The position numbers and the translations under genes are program-made. The notes below the pieces were generated by a model that made no database searches, had not been told where the DNA came from, and worked only from the letters and a program-made list of their open reading frames with translations. From Deltaproteobacteria bacterium (lineage in GTDB: Bacteria; Myxococcota_A; UBA796; SXON01), in the NCBI GenBank assembly GCA_947490345.1, contig CANLGL010000014.1, positions 29,208 to 93,207 of the forward strand: 64,000 nt of DNA, written 5' to 3'. This document shows, one piece after another, positions 49,174-59,117 of this stretch. Positions within the stretch are counted from its first letter, which is position 1; every line of letters starts with the position of its first letter.

Positions 49174-49620
49174 ATGGACATCTCCGAGATCATGGCGATG
49201 CTGCCGCATCGCTACCCCTTCCTGATGATTGACCGGGTAATCGAGCTCGACCCGGGCGCGCGCATCGTCGCCCTGAAGAACGTGACGATCAACGAGCCGC
49301 ACTTCGCCGGGCACTTCCCGAGCCAGCCGGTGATGCCGGGCGTGCTGATGGTCGAGGCCATCGCCCAGGCCTGCGGCATCATGGCGATGAGCGCGAACCC
49401 GACCTTCAAGGAGCGGCCGCTTTACCTCTTGGGGCTGGACGGAATCCGCTTTCGCAGCCCGGTGCGCCCCGGTGATCAGCTCCGCATCGAGGTCGTCAAG
49501 CGCGCCGAGAAGCGCGGGATCTGGTTTTTTACGGCCAAGGTGAGCGTGGCGGACAAGATTGTTGTCGAAGGAGAGGTGATGGCCACCGTGCTCGTCGACA
49601 AACCCGGAGCGTCCCCATGA
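49174..49620 (+). CDS. fabZ: 3-hydroxyacyl-ACP dehydratase FabZ
   Basis: LPHRYPFLMIDRV...NEPHFAGHFPSQPVMPGVLMVEAIAQ is the FabZ hot-dog active-site block. Confidence 0.95.
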   Translation: MDISEIMAMLPHRYPFLMIDRVIELDPGARIVALKNVTINEPHFAGHFPSQPVMPGVLMVEAIAQACGIMAMSANPTFKERPLYLLGLDGIRFRSPVRPGDQLRIEVVKRAEKRGIWFFTAKVSVADKIVVEGEVMATVLVDKPGASP

Positions 49621-50333
49621 TCACGCTTTTGACCCTACTCGCCTGCTCCACAGTTGAGGAAGAGGTGCCCTTCAGCAACTTCGCTGACATCTTCGAGCCG
49701 GCCCTGACCGTGAACGCTGGGGAGATCCCGCCGGGTGGGAAGCGCTTGCAGGTGCTGGTCAGCCCCGCGCGTGAAGGCGCCTGCCGGGCCCTCCCGAAAA
49801 TCCGCGCCGATGTCGATGGTGTCCCGTTGAGGCGCTTGCATGGCAAGGTGAACGACGGCTCCTTCAAGTACGATCGCGACTGCTTCGTCTACGAGTTCGA
49901 AGGCAATGCCGAGCTCATCGCCAAGGTGTCCGGCAAGCCCGAAAACGTCGTCACCGTCACGGACGGGGTCACGACGCTCTCACTCACGGCGAAGAACCTC
50001 TTCGTCGAGACCGCGATGGTCGTGGAGTCCGAGACGGTGGTCGGCGGCGCCGAGGTCGCACTCAAGCTCGTCCCCGGGGGCGACGTCTTCGACGCGACGG
50101 TGCCCGTCTCGATCGACATCCACACCGAAGGCCAGGAGCTCGCCTCCGTCACTGCGGTGGTTGCCGGCGATCGGCTCACCTTCGCCATGCCGGCCGATCG
50201 GAAGGGCGCCGCCACGCTCGACCTGATGGGCACCCGCGCCTTCGGGCCGGTGGTCACTTCCTGCGTCGGCACCAAGTCGTGCGCGGCGTCCCGTGCGTTC
50301 ATCGTCCCGACGCTCACGGTCGACGTGCGGTAG
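49617..50333 (+). CDS. hypothetical lipoprotein
   Basis: ATGA overlap with fabZ. MITLLTLLAC lipobox and a beta-rich 238-aa body. No family recognised. Confidence 0.6.
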   Translation: MITLLTLLACSTVEEEVPFSNFADIFEPALTVNAGEIPPGGKRLQVLVSPAREGACRALPKIRADVDGVPLRRLHGKVNDGSFKYDRDCFVYEFEGNAELIAKVSGKPENVVTVTDGVTTLSLTAKNLFVETAMVVESETVVGGAEVALKLVPGGDVFDATVPVSIDIHTEGQELASVTAVVAGDRLTFAMPADRKGAATLDLMGTRAFGPVVTSCVGTKSCAASRAFIVPTLTVDVR

Positions 50334-50335
50334 CG

Positions 50336-51787
50336 GTGGCCGCACGTCCGACAGCGGGTGTCATCGGCGCCATCGAGGCGCTGGGCAATCGTCTGCCGGA
50401 CCCGGTCGTCCTCTTCGGACTGGTCGCCGCCGCGATCGTAGGGGTGTCGATGCTCCTCGCTGGAACCACCGTCGAGCACCCGCTCACCCACGAACCGGTG
50501 GTGGTGCAGAGCTTGCTCGACGCGACACTGGCCCGGCGCATGTGGACCGACGCGGTGAAAAACTTCGCCGGTTTCCCGCCGCTCGGCTCGGTTCTGGTGG
50601 CCGTGATGGGGATTGGCGTGGCCGAGCGCAGCGGCTTGATCGCGGCGCTGCTCGGGCGCGCGGTGGATCGGGTGCCGCCGCGACTGTTGACCACGGCGAT
50701 GCTCTTCGTTGGCGCGAACGGGGCGTTGGCCTCTGACGCCAGCTTCGTGGTGCTGGTGCCGCTCGGTGCGGCGTTGTGGGCGCGCGTCGGCCGCCATCCG
50801 TTGGCGGGAATGACCATTGCCTACGCCGCTGTCAGCGGCGGCTACGGGGCCAACCTGCTGATAACTGCGTTGGACCCGCTGTTGGCGGGGCTCACTCAGG
50901 GCGCCGCGCAGCTCGTTCGGCCAGAGGCCACCGTCGCCGCCACCTGCAACTGGTTCTTCAACGTTGCTAGCGTGTTCCTGGTCACCGGGGTCGGGGCGCT
51001 GGTCGCGCCCTCGGTCGAGCGCCGCTTCGGCCCGTGGATTCGGCGCCCCGAGGATACCGAGGGCTCGACCTCCGAACGAGTCGCTCCCGCCTTGCTCGCA
51101 GGGGCGGTCACCGTCGTGATCCTGGCCGCGTTGGTGGTCGGCGTCTTGCGCGCCGACGACGGGGGGTGGGCGCCGGTGTACGACAGCATGGTGCCGCTCA
51201 TCGCGGTGGCGGCGCTGGTCCCGGGCCTGGTGCACGCGCGCGCGAACGGGCGCTTGAGGGACACCGGCGAGGCGGTCAAGCTCGCGGCGGACGCGGCGGG
51301 TGGGCTCGGCGGGTACATCGTCCTCGCCTTCGCCGCCGCGCAGTTCGTCGCGTGGTTCAACTGGTCGAACCTGGGGCTGGTCAGCGCGGTGCGCGGCGCC
51401 GACGCCCTACGCGGACTCGGTCTGGGCGGCACCGCGTTGTTGTTGGCCTTCGTGCTCCTCAGCGGCGGCCTCAATCTCCTCATCGCCAGCGCCTCGGCCA
51501 AATGGGCGCTGATGGCGCCGCTGTTTGTGCCGATGCTCATGCTCCTCGGCATCGAGCCGGCCATGTCGCAGGCCGCCTACCGGGTCGGCGACGCCGTGAC
51601 CAACGTGCTGACGCCGCTGATGCCCTACATGCCCATCGTGCTGGCTGCCGCGCGCCGCTACGTGCCCGAGACCGGCCTGGGCACGGTCCTCGCCGCCCAG
51701 GTCCCCTTCGCGCTGGCGTGGGGCGTATCCTGGACGGGAATGTTGCTTTTGTGGGACGCGATGGGGTGGCCGCTCGGGCTGGGGTGA
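50336..51787 (+). CDS. AbgT family transporter (aminobenzoyl-glutamate transporter-like)
   Basis: GTG 50336 lies just after the preceding stop. IEALGNRLPDPVVLFGLVAAAIV..., multiple TM segments, and GANGALASDASFVVLVPLGA is the AbgT pattern. Confidence 0.8.
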   Translation: MAARPTAGVIGAIEALGNRLPDPVVLFGLVAAAIVGVSMLLAGTTVEHPLTHEPVVVQSLLDATLARRMWTDAVKNFAGFPPLGSVLVAVMGIGVAERSGLIAALLGRAVDRVPPRLLTTAMLFVGANGALASDASFVVLVPLGAALWARVGRHPLAGMTIAYAAVSGGYGANLLITALDPLLAGLTQGAAQLVRPEATVAATCNWFFNVASVFLVTGVGALVAPSVERRFGPWIRRPEDTEGSTSERVAPALLAGAVTVVILAALVVGVLRADDGGWAPVYDSMVPLIAVAALVPGLVHARANGRLRDTGEAVKLAADAAGGLGGYIVLAFAAAQFVAWFNWSNLGLVSAVRGADALRGLGLGGTALLLAFVLLSGGLNLLIASASAKWALMAPLFVPMLMLLGIEPAMSQAAYRVGDAVTNVLTPLMPYMPIVLAAARRYVPETGLGTVLAAQVPFALAWGVSWTGMLLLWDAMGWPLGLG

Positions 51788-51793
51788 GGGGAC

Positions 51794-53446
51794 TTACACC
51801 GCGCGGGCGTTTCGGGCCCGAACCCACCGGTCGTAGCCGATCATCAGCACGGTGCTCGCCAATCCGGTGATGACGAACGGCCACCAGACCCGACCGGGCT
51901 GGTAGTGCTGGTAGAGGTGGTCTCGCAGCGTCGCCGGGGTGGTCGCGGTGCCGTCCGGCAGGGTCGGAACGTTGGCCACGGTCCAGGTGATCACGTCGCC
52001 GCGGGGCATGGCGTCCGCGACTCCCGTCACCAAGGCGCGATCATTCAGCGCCTCCAACTGCGCCACGGCCTGCGCCAGCTCCTTGGTCTTGGTGCGCTCG
52101 AGCAGCTCCTTGAGCTGCTTCTCGTCGAGCGAGCCGGCGCGGACGGTGTCTACCCAAGCTTCTGCGGACGCGACGCTCGCCGTTTCCGACACGTAGTCGC
52201 GCGTGAGGTTGACCTTGTCGCCCTGTACCTCGTACGCGCTGCCGGCGATGAGGCTTCCCAGCACCCACCCCACCCCGTCGGGCATATTGGCATAACCAAG
52301 ATACAACGCCCGCTTACCTGGAGGCGCCAGCGAGGACATGTACTCCTGCCGCTTGGGGGAAGCGAGCATCTCCCCCACGGTGAACGCGGCGACCCCGGCC
52401 AGGAGCACCCAGACGTTGGCGGTGTACACGAAACTGATCAGCGCAAAACTGGCGATGGCCATGCCGACGATGGTGCTGGCCAACGTGCTGATCTTCGACG
52501 ACAACCACGCGAAGATGAACATCGTGAACATGATCATGATGGCGTTGATGTTCAGCAGTCGCTCCTGAGGAATCATCACCCCAGCTGCACCATCTGCGCT
52601 CCAAGTGGCGTTCCCCGCGAGCTCGCCCATCTTGGACAACAGGACGCTGGAGTCGGTCCAGTCGTCGACGTAGTTGGGGAGCATGTCGAAGAGCTGGTGG
52701 AAGGCGAACCAGAACCCCGCGCTGATCACGATGAATGCCATCAACACTGGGTTGGTGAACAGCTCGCGCAGGCTGTCGAGCATGAGCCGGCCGACCGAGC
52801 GCGTGTCCCTCTCGGTTTGCCGTTCGTCCACCGGATCGGCATAGAAGAACAGCGGGATCAGGTTGGAGAAGACGATGAGCGAGCACGCCGCGAACACGCC
52901 GTGCCAACCAAGGCCCAGGTCCTCACGCACGAAGGCCGGAATGAACGCCGCGACGGCCGCGCCGATGTTGACGGACTGGTAGAACAGGCCCCAGCCCATC
53001 GACTCGGTGCCGGGGCTCTTGGCGATGGAGTGCGCCATCGTGCCCTGAATGCCGGGCTTGAAGAGGCCGGTGCCCGCGGCAAGGAGTTGGGTGCCCAGCA
53101 CCATGCTCCAGAAGTCGTCGGCCGTCGCCATGAGCGCGTAGCCGCCGGCCTTCAGGAACACCGAAACGGCGATGGTGCGCTTGTAGCCGAAGCGGTCAGA
53201 GAGGCCGCCGGCGAAGACCGGCAGCCAGCTCTGCATCGCCGCCCAGAGGGCGTAGATCGTGCCCTTCTCCGCATGGCTGAGCCCCGCGCCCCCTTCGTTG
53301 GTCGCCAGCACGATGTACACCGGCGCCACGAGGCGGACGCCGTAGTAGGCCATCCGCTCCATCAGCTCCATGAAGATGCAGAGCCAGAAGACGTAGTCGA
53401 AGGCGCGGATCTGCCCCCAGAGGGACCGGACGGGGGGAGGGGACAT
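51794..53446 (-). CDS. MFS transporter, POT/PTR2 (proton-dependent oligopeptide) family
   Basis: FMELMERMAYYGVR is the E-x-x-E-R-x-x-Y-Y PTR2 motif. 12-14 TM segments with a soluble insertion near the C-terminus. Confidence 0.85.
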   Translation of the reverse strand: MSPPPVRSLWGQIRAFDYVFWLCIFMELMERMAYYGVRLVAPVYIVLATNEGGAGLSHAEKGTIYALWAAMQSWLPVFAGGLSDRFGYKRTIAVSVFLKAGGYALMATADDFWSMVLGTQLLAAGTGLFKPGIQGTMAHSIAKSPGTESMGWGLFYQSVNIGAAVAAFIPAFVREDLGLGWHGVFAACSLIVFSNLIPLFFYADPVDERQTERDTRSVGRLMLDSLRELFTNPVLMAFIVISAGFWFAFHQLFDMLPNYVDDWTDSSVLLSKMGELAGNATWSADGAAGVMIPQERLLNINAIMIMFTMFIFAWLSSKISTLASTIVGMAIASFALISFVYTANVWVLLAGVAAFTVGEMLASPKRQEYMSSLAPPGKRALYLGYANMPDGVGWVLGSLIAGSAYEVQGDKVNLTRDYVSETASVASAEAWVDTVRAGSLDEKQLKELLERTKTKELAQAVAQLEALNDRALVTGVADAMPRGDVITWTVANVPTLPDGTATTPATLRDHLYQHYQPGRVWWPFVITGLASTVLMIGYDRWVRARNARAV

Positions 53447-53486
53447 CTGGCGCTCCTATCTCGCCACGACCGGAGGACGAGGCGAC

Positions 53487-53531
53487 GGACGTCCGTCACC
53501 GACCTCCGTCACCCCCCGGACGTCCGTCACC
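53487..53531. promoter_or_regulatory. repeated GGACGTCCGTCACC motif in the divergent POT/amylase intergenic region
   Basis: Identical 14-mers at 53487-53500 and 53518-53531 (31-bp spacing), each starting with the palindrome GGACGTCC. A third CCGTCACC lies at 53506-53513. An unusually AT-rich stretch follows (53532-53570). Confidence 0.35.
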
Positions 53532-53613
53532 CATTCTTCCATAACACTCTGAAATCATTAGGTCTCAGCGCTGGCACGCAACGTGAAGAGAGCCCCCGCA
53601 GCCCGAGCTGCCC

Positions 53614-55149
53614 GTGTTCTTCTTCGCCCTCGCCTGCACCGTCACCGAGACGCCCTCCGCTTTGACCCCCAGCGTGGCGGACCCCGCCGACGAGCGCGAG
53701 GCCGAGTGTGGAGACCTCGGCGTCGTCTACGAGGTCTATGTTCGTTCATTCCAGGACAGCGATGGCGACGGGGTTGGAGACCTCGATGGGCTTCGCTCCC
53801 GGCTGGACCACATCGTCTCGCTGGGCGTGGACACCTTGTGGCTGATGCCCATCTTCCCGGCGTTCGGGCCTGCAGGGTACGACGTCACCGACTTTTCGTC
53901 GATCACGGCCGAGTATGGTGATCTCGACGAGCTGGACGCGCTGGTTGAGGCGGCGCATGCCCGCGGGCTCGCGGTGCTGGTCGACCTCCCGTTCAACCAC
54001 GTCGACCGGGGGCACCCCTGGTTTGTCGCGGCGGAAGCAGGGGATGCCGAGGCACATCGGCGCTTCGTCTACGCCGACGTGCGCCAGAACACCGAGCGGT
54101 GGTTCCCCTCCGCCGCTGGGGGTTGGTACTACGGCTACTTCGGCAGCGACCTTCCCGACCTCGATTACACCGACGCCATCGTGCTCGCAGAGATGGGAGC
54201 CGTGTGGGACCAGTGGCTGGATCACGTCGACGGCTTCCGCTTGGACGCGGTGACCACCCTGGTCGAGGCCTACGGCGTCGTCGAGGGCGCTGCGGCCTCG
54301 CATGAGACCCTCGCGACGCTGCTGGACGGCGCCCGCGCCGAGCACCCCGGCGCTTGCTTTGTTGCCGAGGCCAGCGAGTGGGAGGCCGGGACCGCGGCAA
54401 GCTGGCTCGACCGAGAGGACCGTGCCGGCGCGGAGCGGGTGCTGGACTTCGTGCGCCTCGACGCGCTCGTCGCTGCCTCCCAGGAGGGGGGCGCCGCCGA
54501 GCTGATGGAGGTGGTCGCCGCCGAGTCCGACGCTGGCGGCGCCGCCGGGATGGCGACTTTCCTCGGCTCGCACGACCTCGCGCGCCTTCCTGCTCGGGTG
54601 CCGGACCCCGCGGCGCGGCGAGCGCTGCGGGTTGTCCAGTGGCTGCTGCCGGGCACGCCGGTGCTGTACTATGGTGAGGAGCTCGATCTCGCCGACGCCA
54701 CCAGCGGCACCGGGCAGGACCTCGCGATGCGCGCCCCGATGCCGTGGGACGGCGAGCACGCCGGGGGCTTCACCTCGGGCACCGCTTGGTTCACGCTCGA
54801 CGATGGCTACCAGGCGGGCAAAAATGTCCGCGACCAGGCCCTCGACCCGAAGAGCGCGCTCGCCTTCACCCGCGGGTTGGGATGCCTCCACCGCGAGTAC
54901 GCCCTCTCCGAGCCGGACGGTTGGCGGCCGGTGCTCGGGCTGGACCCGGCGCTGTTGATGTTCCGCCGCAGCTCCACTGCCGGCGAGCTCTTCGTTGCGG
55001 TCAACCTTTCGGCTCGGGAAGTGGACGGCGGTTCCGGCAGTCCCGATGGGCTCTTCGACCTGCGCGGGGGTGCTGAGGCCATCGGTGGCTTGGAGCCGTG
55101 GGGCTGGCGCGTGTACGGGTCGATGGAGACGGGGTGCGCGCTGGGGTAG
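53614..55149 (+). CDS. alpha-amylase family (GH13) glycoside hydrolase lipoprotein
   Basis: (M)FFFALAC lipobox. YEVYVRSFQDSDGDGVGDLDGL...LGVDTLWLMPIF, LVDLPFNHV, GFRLDAV and FLGSHD are the GH13 conserved regions I-IV. Confidence 0.88.
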   Translation: MFFFALACTVTETPSALTPSVADPADEREAECGDLGVVYEVYVRSFQDSDGDGVGDLDGLRSRLDHIVSLGVDTLWLMPIFPAFGPAGYDVTDFSSITAEYGDLDELDALVEAAHARGLAVLVDLPFNHVDRGHPWFVAAEAGDAEAHRRFVYADVRQNTERWFPSAAGGWYYGYFGSDLPDLDYTDAIVLAEMGAVWDQWLDHVDGFRLDAVTTLVEAYGVVEGAAASHETLATLLDGARAEHPGACFVAEASEWEAGTAASWLDREDRAGAERVLDFVRLDALVAASQEGGAAELMEVVAAESDAGGAAGMATFLGSHDLARLPARVPDPAARRALRVVQWLLPGTPVLYYGEELDLADATSGTGQDLAMRAPMPWDGEHAGGFTSGTAWFTLDDGYQAGKNVRDQALDPKSALAFTRGLGCLHREYALSEPDGWRPVLGLDPALLMFRRSSTAGELFVAVNLSAREVDGGSGSPDGLFDLRGGAEAIGGLEPWGWRVYGSMETGCALG

Positions 55150-55159
55150 GCGGGCTCGC

Positions 55160-56239
55160 TTACTTCGTCGTAACCATAAACTCACTCGATGGCGCTGCGA
55201 GCCAGTCCCCACCGGCCTCGACGCCGTTTAGCGTGAGATCGAAGAATGCAGCGGCGGTGGCACTGGTCAGCGTACGGCCGCGGGCGGCGTCGAGGTAGGT
55301 GAAGTCGGCGCCGTTGCTCTCGCGGGAGTCGGTCCCACAACCGGGCATGAAGTCCTCGGTCAAGCCGACGAGATCGCTGGGGGACCAGTGCCCCGCGTCG
55401 GCGAGGTCAAGTTCCCAGGCAGGCCCGGGAACGTCTTGAAAGTTGGCGTCCATCAACATGTTTCCCACGGCCCCGACGCTGTGATCCTCCAGGAGGCGAA
55501 GGAACAGCACCGGTGCGTCCAGCCTGGCGGCCTCGACCCCTGGGAGGATCGGATTCTCGGGGGGGGCGCCCACGAACATCGCTGCGATCGGCGCGCCTGC
55601 CGTGTCCAGGCGGTCTTGGAGGACAATGCCAGCGGTGACGGCGCCGAAGCTGTGGCCGAACACCCCGACCCGGTCTGGATCCACCGCCAGCCCAAGCTCA
55701 CCCGCCAGCGCCGTGTCGAGCGTCGTCTCCAGGTCGGCTTTGCGGAGGGCCAGGGTGGCCTCGTCCAGTGGCAATGTGCCGCCGTCGAGCGTGTCGAACA
55801 GGGTGTCGCCGACGTGATCGGGAGCCACGACCACGAAGCCCCGGGTGGCGAGGTGCGCCGCCACGGTGGCGGTGGAGAACCGCGTGCATCCATGGCAATG
55901 GGACATCATCACCAGCGGCCACGGCCCGCCGTCGGCGGGGTCGGCGTCCAGGCCGGCGGTGCTCGTGAGGCTGGGGCAGCGTTCGGGCGCGCTCGACAGA
56001 AGCAAGTTGTACGTCGCGAATTGGCCTGGATCGGTGAGCAGATTGGCGATCGGCTCGACCGCGGGAACCTCCGCGGCAGGCGCCCAGACCTCCGCGGAAA
56101 ACGTCCGGACCGTGGGCGCGTCCGTGAGCTCCCAGGTGTGACGGGAGGCGCCGAACGTGCCGGCCGCGGCGTAGTCGACGGGCTCCGGGGCGTCCGCGGA
56201 GTCGGGCGTCGGGGCACACCCGAGGAAGAGGAGAAGCAT
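55160..56239 (-). CDS. alpha/beta hydrolase lipoprotein (PAF-acetylhydrolase/dienelactone-hydrolase-like)
   Basis: ATG is the complement of 56237-56239 and gives MLLLFLGC. GVFGHSFGA (G-x-S-x-G) and PLVMMSHCHG. The upstream 32 codons of ORF 55160..56335 overlap asd. Confidence 0.7.
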   Translation of the reverse strand: MLLLFLGCAPTPDSADAPEPVDYAAAGTFGASRHTWELTDAPTVRTFSAEVWAPAAEVPAVEPIANLLTDPGQFATYNLLLSSAPERCPSLTSTAGLDADPADGGPWPLVMMSHCHGCTRFSTATVAAHLATRGFVVVAPDHVGDTLFDTLDGGTLPLDEATLALRKADLETTLDTALAGELGLAVDPDRVGVFGHSFGAVTAGIVLQDRLDTAGAPIAAMFVGAPPENPILPGVEAARLDAPVLFLRLLEDHSVGAVGNMLMDANFQDVPGPAWELDLADAGHWSPSDLVGLTEDFMPGCGTDSRESNGADFTYLDAARGRTLTSATAAAFFDLTLNGVEAGGDWLAAPSSEFMVTTK

Positions 56240-56260
56240 GGAGTCGGTTAGCTCAGTCCC

Positions 56261-57256
56261 ATGACGATCGACGTCGCCATTCTCGGCGCCACCGGCATGG
56301 TCGGGCAGCGTTTCGTGCAGCTGCTGAACGGGCACCCTGAGTTCCGCATCGCCGAGCTGGCCGCGTCGGAGCGCTCAGCGGGTCGCCGCTACGAGGACGC
56401 GGCGCCGTGGCGACTCGGCGGCGACAACCCGCTCCCCGATGTGGAGGTCTTGCCGTGCGAGCCGGGGAGGATTCGGTCCAAGGTCATCTTCTCCGCGCTC
56501 GACAGCGCGGCGGCGGCCACGGTGGAGCCTGCGTTCCGTGATGCAGGCCGCATCGTCCTCACCAACGCCTCGCCCTTCCGCATGGCCGATGGCGTCCCGC
56601 TCCTGGTGCCGGAGGTCAACCCCGAGCACGCGGAGTGGATTCGTGGGCGCGAGGGGGCGATCGTCGCCAATCCAAACTGTACGCACCAGGCGCTGACCAT
56701 CGCGTTGGCTCCGCTGCATCGCCGCTTTGGTGTCGAGGCGGTGTGTGTCAGCAGCTACCAGGCTGTCAGCGGCGCCGGCTACCCCGGGGAGAGCGCGTGG
56801 GACATGCTCGGAAACGTCCATCCCCACGGCGGTGACGAAGAGGAAAAAGTGGCATCGGAGCCCAAGAAGATTCTGTCCGCTCCCGACCTGCGCATCTCCG
56901 CCCGCTGCGTCCGCGTCCCGGTGCTCGATGGCCACTTGCTGGCGGTGCAGGCCAAGCTCCGCGCCGATCCTGGTCTTTCCCACATCACCGAGGCGCTCGT
57001 GACCTTCGTGGGGCCGTACGCCCTGCGGTCCTCGCCGCGCCCGCTCATCCACCTCGTGCAGGGCCGCGACCGTCCGCAACCGCGGCTGGACGCGGATCGT
57101 GGCGGCGGAATGGCGATCACGGTCGGTCGAATCGAGCGCTGCGAGGTCTTCACGGTGAAGTTCTTCGCGCTGGCCCACAACGCAATCCGCGGCGCGGCGG
57201 GTGGAGCCATCGCGAACGCTGAGCTACTCCTGGCCAAGGGCCTGCTCCGCAACTGA
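56261..57256 (+). CDS. asd: aspartate-semialdehyde dehydrogenase
   Basis: VAILGATGMVGQRFVQLL (NADP fold), NPNCTHQALTIALAPL (active-site Cys), SSYQAVSGAG. Confidence 0.9.
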   Translation: MTIDVAILGATGMVGQRFVQLLNGHPEFRIAELAASERSAGRRYEDAAPWRLGGDNPLPDVEVLPCEPGRIRSKVIFSALDSAAAATVEPAFRDAGRIVLTNASPFRMADGVPLLVPEVNPEHAEWIRGREGAIVANPNCTHQALTIALAPLHRRFGVEAVCVSSYQAVSGAGYPGESAWDMLGNVHPHGGDEEEKVASEPKKILSAPDLRISARCVRVPVLDGHLLAVQAKLRADPGLSHITEALVTFVGPYALRSSPRPLIHLVQGRDRPQPRLDADRGGGMAITVGRIERCEVFTVKFFALAHNAIRGAAGGAIANAELLLAKGLLRN

Positions 57257-57264
57257 TTCCGCCG

Positions 57265-59115
57265 TCAGCTCGTCGCGAGCCTCAACAGCTCTGCGACGAT
57301 TCCCGGCTCTGCGAGCGTGCTGGTATCGCCTAGATCGTCGGTGTCACCGGCGGCGATCTTCCGAAGCACGCGGCGCATGATCTTGCCTGAGCGGGTCTTG
57401 GGGAGGCCTGGGACCAGGGTGACCCGGTCGGGGGTCGCAATCGGGCCGATCTCCTTGCGGACCTGCTCAATCAGCGCCGCGACGCCCACCTCGTGGCCAT
57501 CCTTGAGGTGGACCCAGGCGTGGATGCCCTCGCCCTTGAGTTCGTGCGGGAAACCCACGACGGCCGCTTCGGCCACGGCGGGATGGGCCACCAGGGCGCT
57601 CTCGATCTCGGCGGTGCCGAGGCGATGGCCGGCCACGTTGAGCACGTCATCCACGCGTCCGGTGATCCACAGGTAGCCGTCGTCGTCACGACGACAGCCG
57701 TCCCCAGTGAAATAGTATCCGGCGAAGGTAGAGTAGTAGGTGTCGACGAAGCGTGCGTGGTCACCCTGGATGGTTCGCGCCTGTCCAGGCCAGCTCCCCG
57801 CAAGCGCGAGGCGTCCGTGCCCTGCCCCCTCGATGACCTTGCCCGCCTCGTCGAAGAGCACAGGAACTACGCCGTAGAGTGGGAGGCCCGCCGCGCCGGG
57901 TTTGGATGGGTGCGCGCCGGGCAGCGTCGTCACCATGATCCCGCCCGTCTCGGTCTGCCACCACGTGTCGACGACCCCGCACCGGCTGCCACCGACATGA
58001 TCGTGGTACCACCGCCACACCTCGGGGTTGATCGGCTCCCCCACCGAGCCGAGCAGGCGCACCGTTTCCAGCGGTCGCAACCACTGGTCGCCCTCCCGTA
58101 ACAGCGCCCGGAGCGCGGTGGGAGCGGTGTAGAGCGTCGCGGCGCTTACGTCGTTGGCCACTTGCCAGTAGCGCGAGGCGTCCGGGTAGTTCGGCACCGA
58201 CTCGAACATCACCGTCGTGACTCCGTTGCACAACGGTCCGTAGATGATGTAGCTGTGACCGGTGATCCAGCCGCAATCTGCCGCGCAGAAATGCACGTCG
58301 CCCGGGCTGAGCCCGAACACGGTCCGAAAGGTGGACGCGGCGTAGGTCAGGTAGCCGCCCGTGGTGTGCAGCAGCCCTTTTGGTTTCCCGGTTGAGCCAG
58401 AAGTATATAGGATGAACAAGGGATCTTCGGCGTCCATCCACTCGACTGGGCAAACCGGTCGCTCGGCGTTCTCGGCATCCGCCAACCATTCGTCGCGTCC
58501 GGCGCGCATCTCGACCTGGGCGCCCGTGCGCCGCACCACGAGCATGTGCTCGATCTGGTCGGCGGCGTCGTCGGCAATGGACTTCAACGGAATTCGCCGC
58601 GAGCCGCGAACGCCTTCGTCCGCGGTGACCAGCACGGTGGCGCCTGCATCACGGATGCGTTCTCGAAGCGCGTTCGCAGAGAAGCCGGCGAAGACCACGC
58701 TGTGTACGGCGCCGATCCGCGCGCACGCGAGCATGCACATCGCCAACTCGGGCACCATCGGCAGGTAAAGGCACACCCGGTCGCCTTTGCGGACACCGCG
58801 AGCCTTCAGGGCGTTGGCGATTCGGCAGACGCGCGCCTTGAGCTCGCCGAAGGTGATCCTCTGATATTCGCCCGGCTCGTTCTGCGCCCAGATGATCGCG
58901 GTGGCGTCGGGCGGGTGCCGATCCACGCAGTCGTGACACGCGTTGAGTTTGCCGCCTGAGAACCAGGCGGTGTCGGGGCCGGTGCCCTCGATGACGACTC
59001 GCCAGGGGGCGAACCACGTCAGCGTCGCCGCCTCCGTCGCCCAGAAGGAGGCCGGCGCGTCGATCGACGCGGCGTACCGGGCCTCGTAGAGCAGGCGGGG
59101 ATCGGAGGAGGGCAC
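57265..59115 (-). CDS. acs: acetyl-CoA synthetase (AMP-forming)
   Basis: FILYTSGSTGKPKG (AMP-binding signature), WWQTETGG, YYFTGDGCRRDDDGYLWITGRVDDV, PKTRSGKIMRR. Confidence 0.93.
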   Translation of the reverse strand: MPSSDPRLLYEARYAASIDAPASFWATEAATLTWFAPWRVVIEGTGPDTAWFSGGKLNACHDCVDRHPPDATAIIWAQNEPGEYQRITFGELKARVCRIANALKARGVRKGDRVCLYLPMVPELAMCMLACARIGAVHSVVFAGFSANALRERIRDAGATVLVTADEGVRGSRRIPLKSIADDAADQIEHMLVVRRTGAQVEMRAGRDEWLADAENAERPVCPVEWMDAEDPLFILYTSGSTGKPKGLLHTTGGYLTYAASTFRTVFGLSPGDVHFCAADCGWITGHSYIIYGPLCNGVTTVMFESVPNYPDASRYWQVANDVSAATLYTAPTALRALLREGDQWLRPLETVRLLGSVGEPINPEVWRWYHDHVGGSRCGVVDTWWQTETGGIMVTTLPGAHPSKPGAAGLPLYGVVPVLFDEAGKVIEGAGHGRLALAGSWPGQARTIQGDHARFVDTYYSTFAGYYFTGDGCRRDDDGYLWITGRVDDVLNVAGHRLGTAEIESALVAHPAVAEAAVVGFPHELKGEGIHAWVHLKDGHEVGVAALIEQVRKEIGPIATPDRVTLVPGLPKTRSGKIMRRVLRKIAAGDTDDLGDTSTLAEPGIVAELLRLATS

Positions 59116-59117
59116 GC

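Noticed and set aside
53569-53586. Sigma-54 promoter (cTGGCACgcaacGTGA) upstream of the amylase gene
   Set aside because: The -24 TGGCAC element is good, but the -12 element is GTGA instead of TTGC[AT]. The other TGGCAC occurrences in the window also lack a -12 element.
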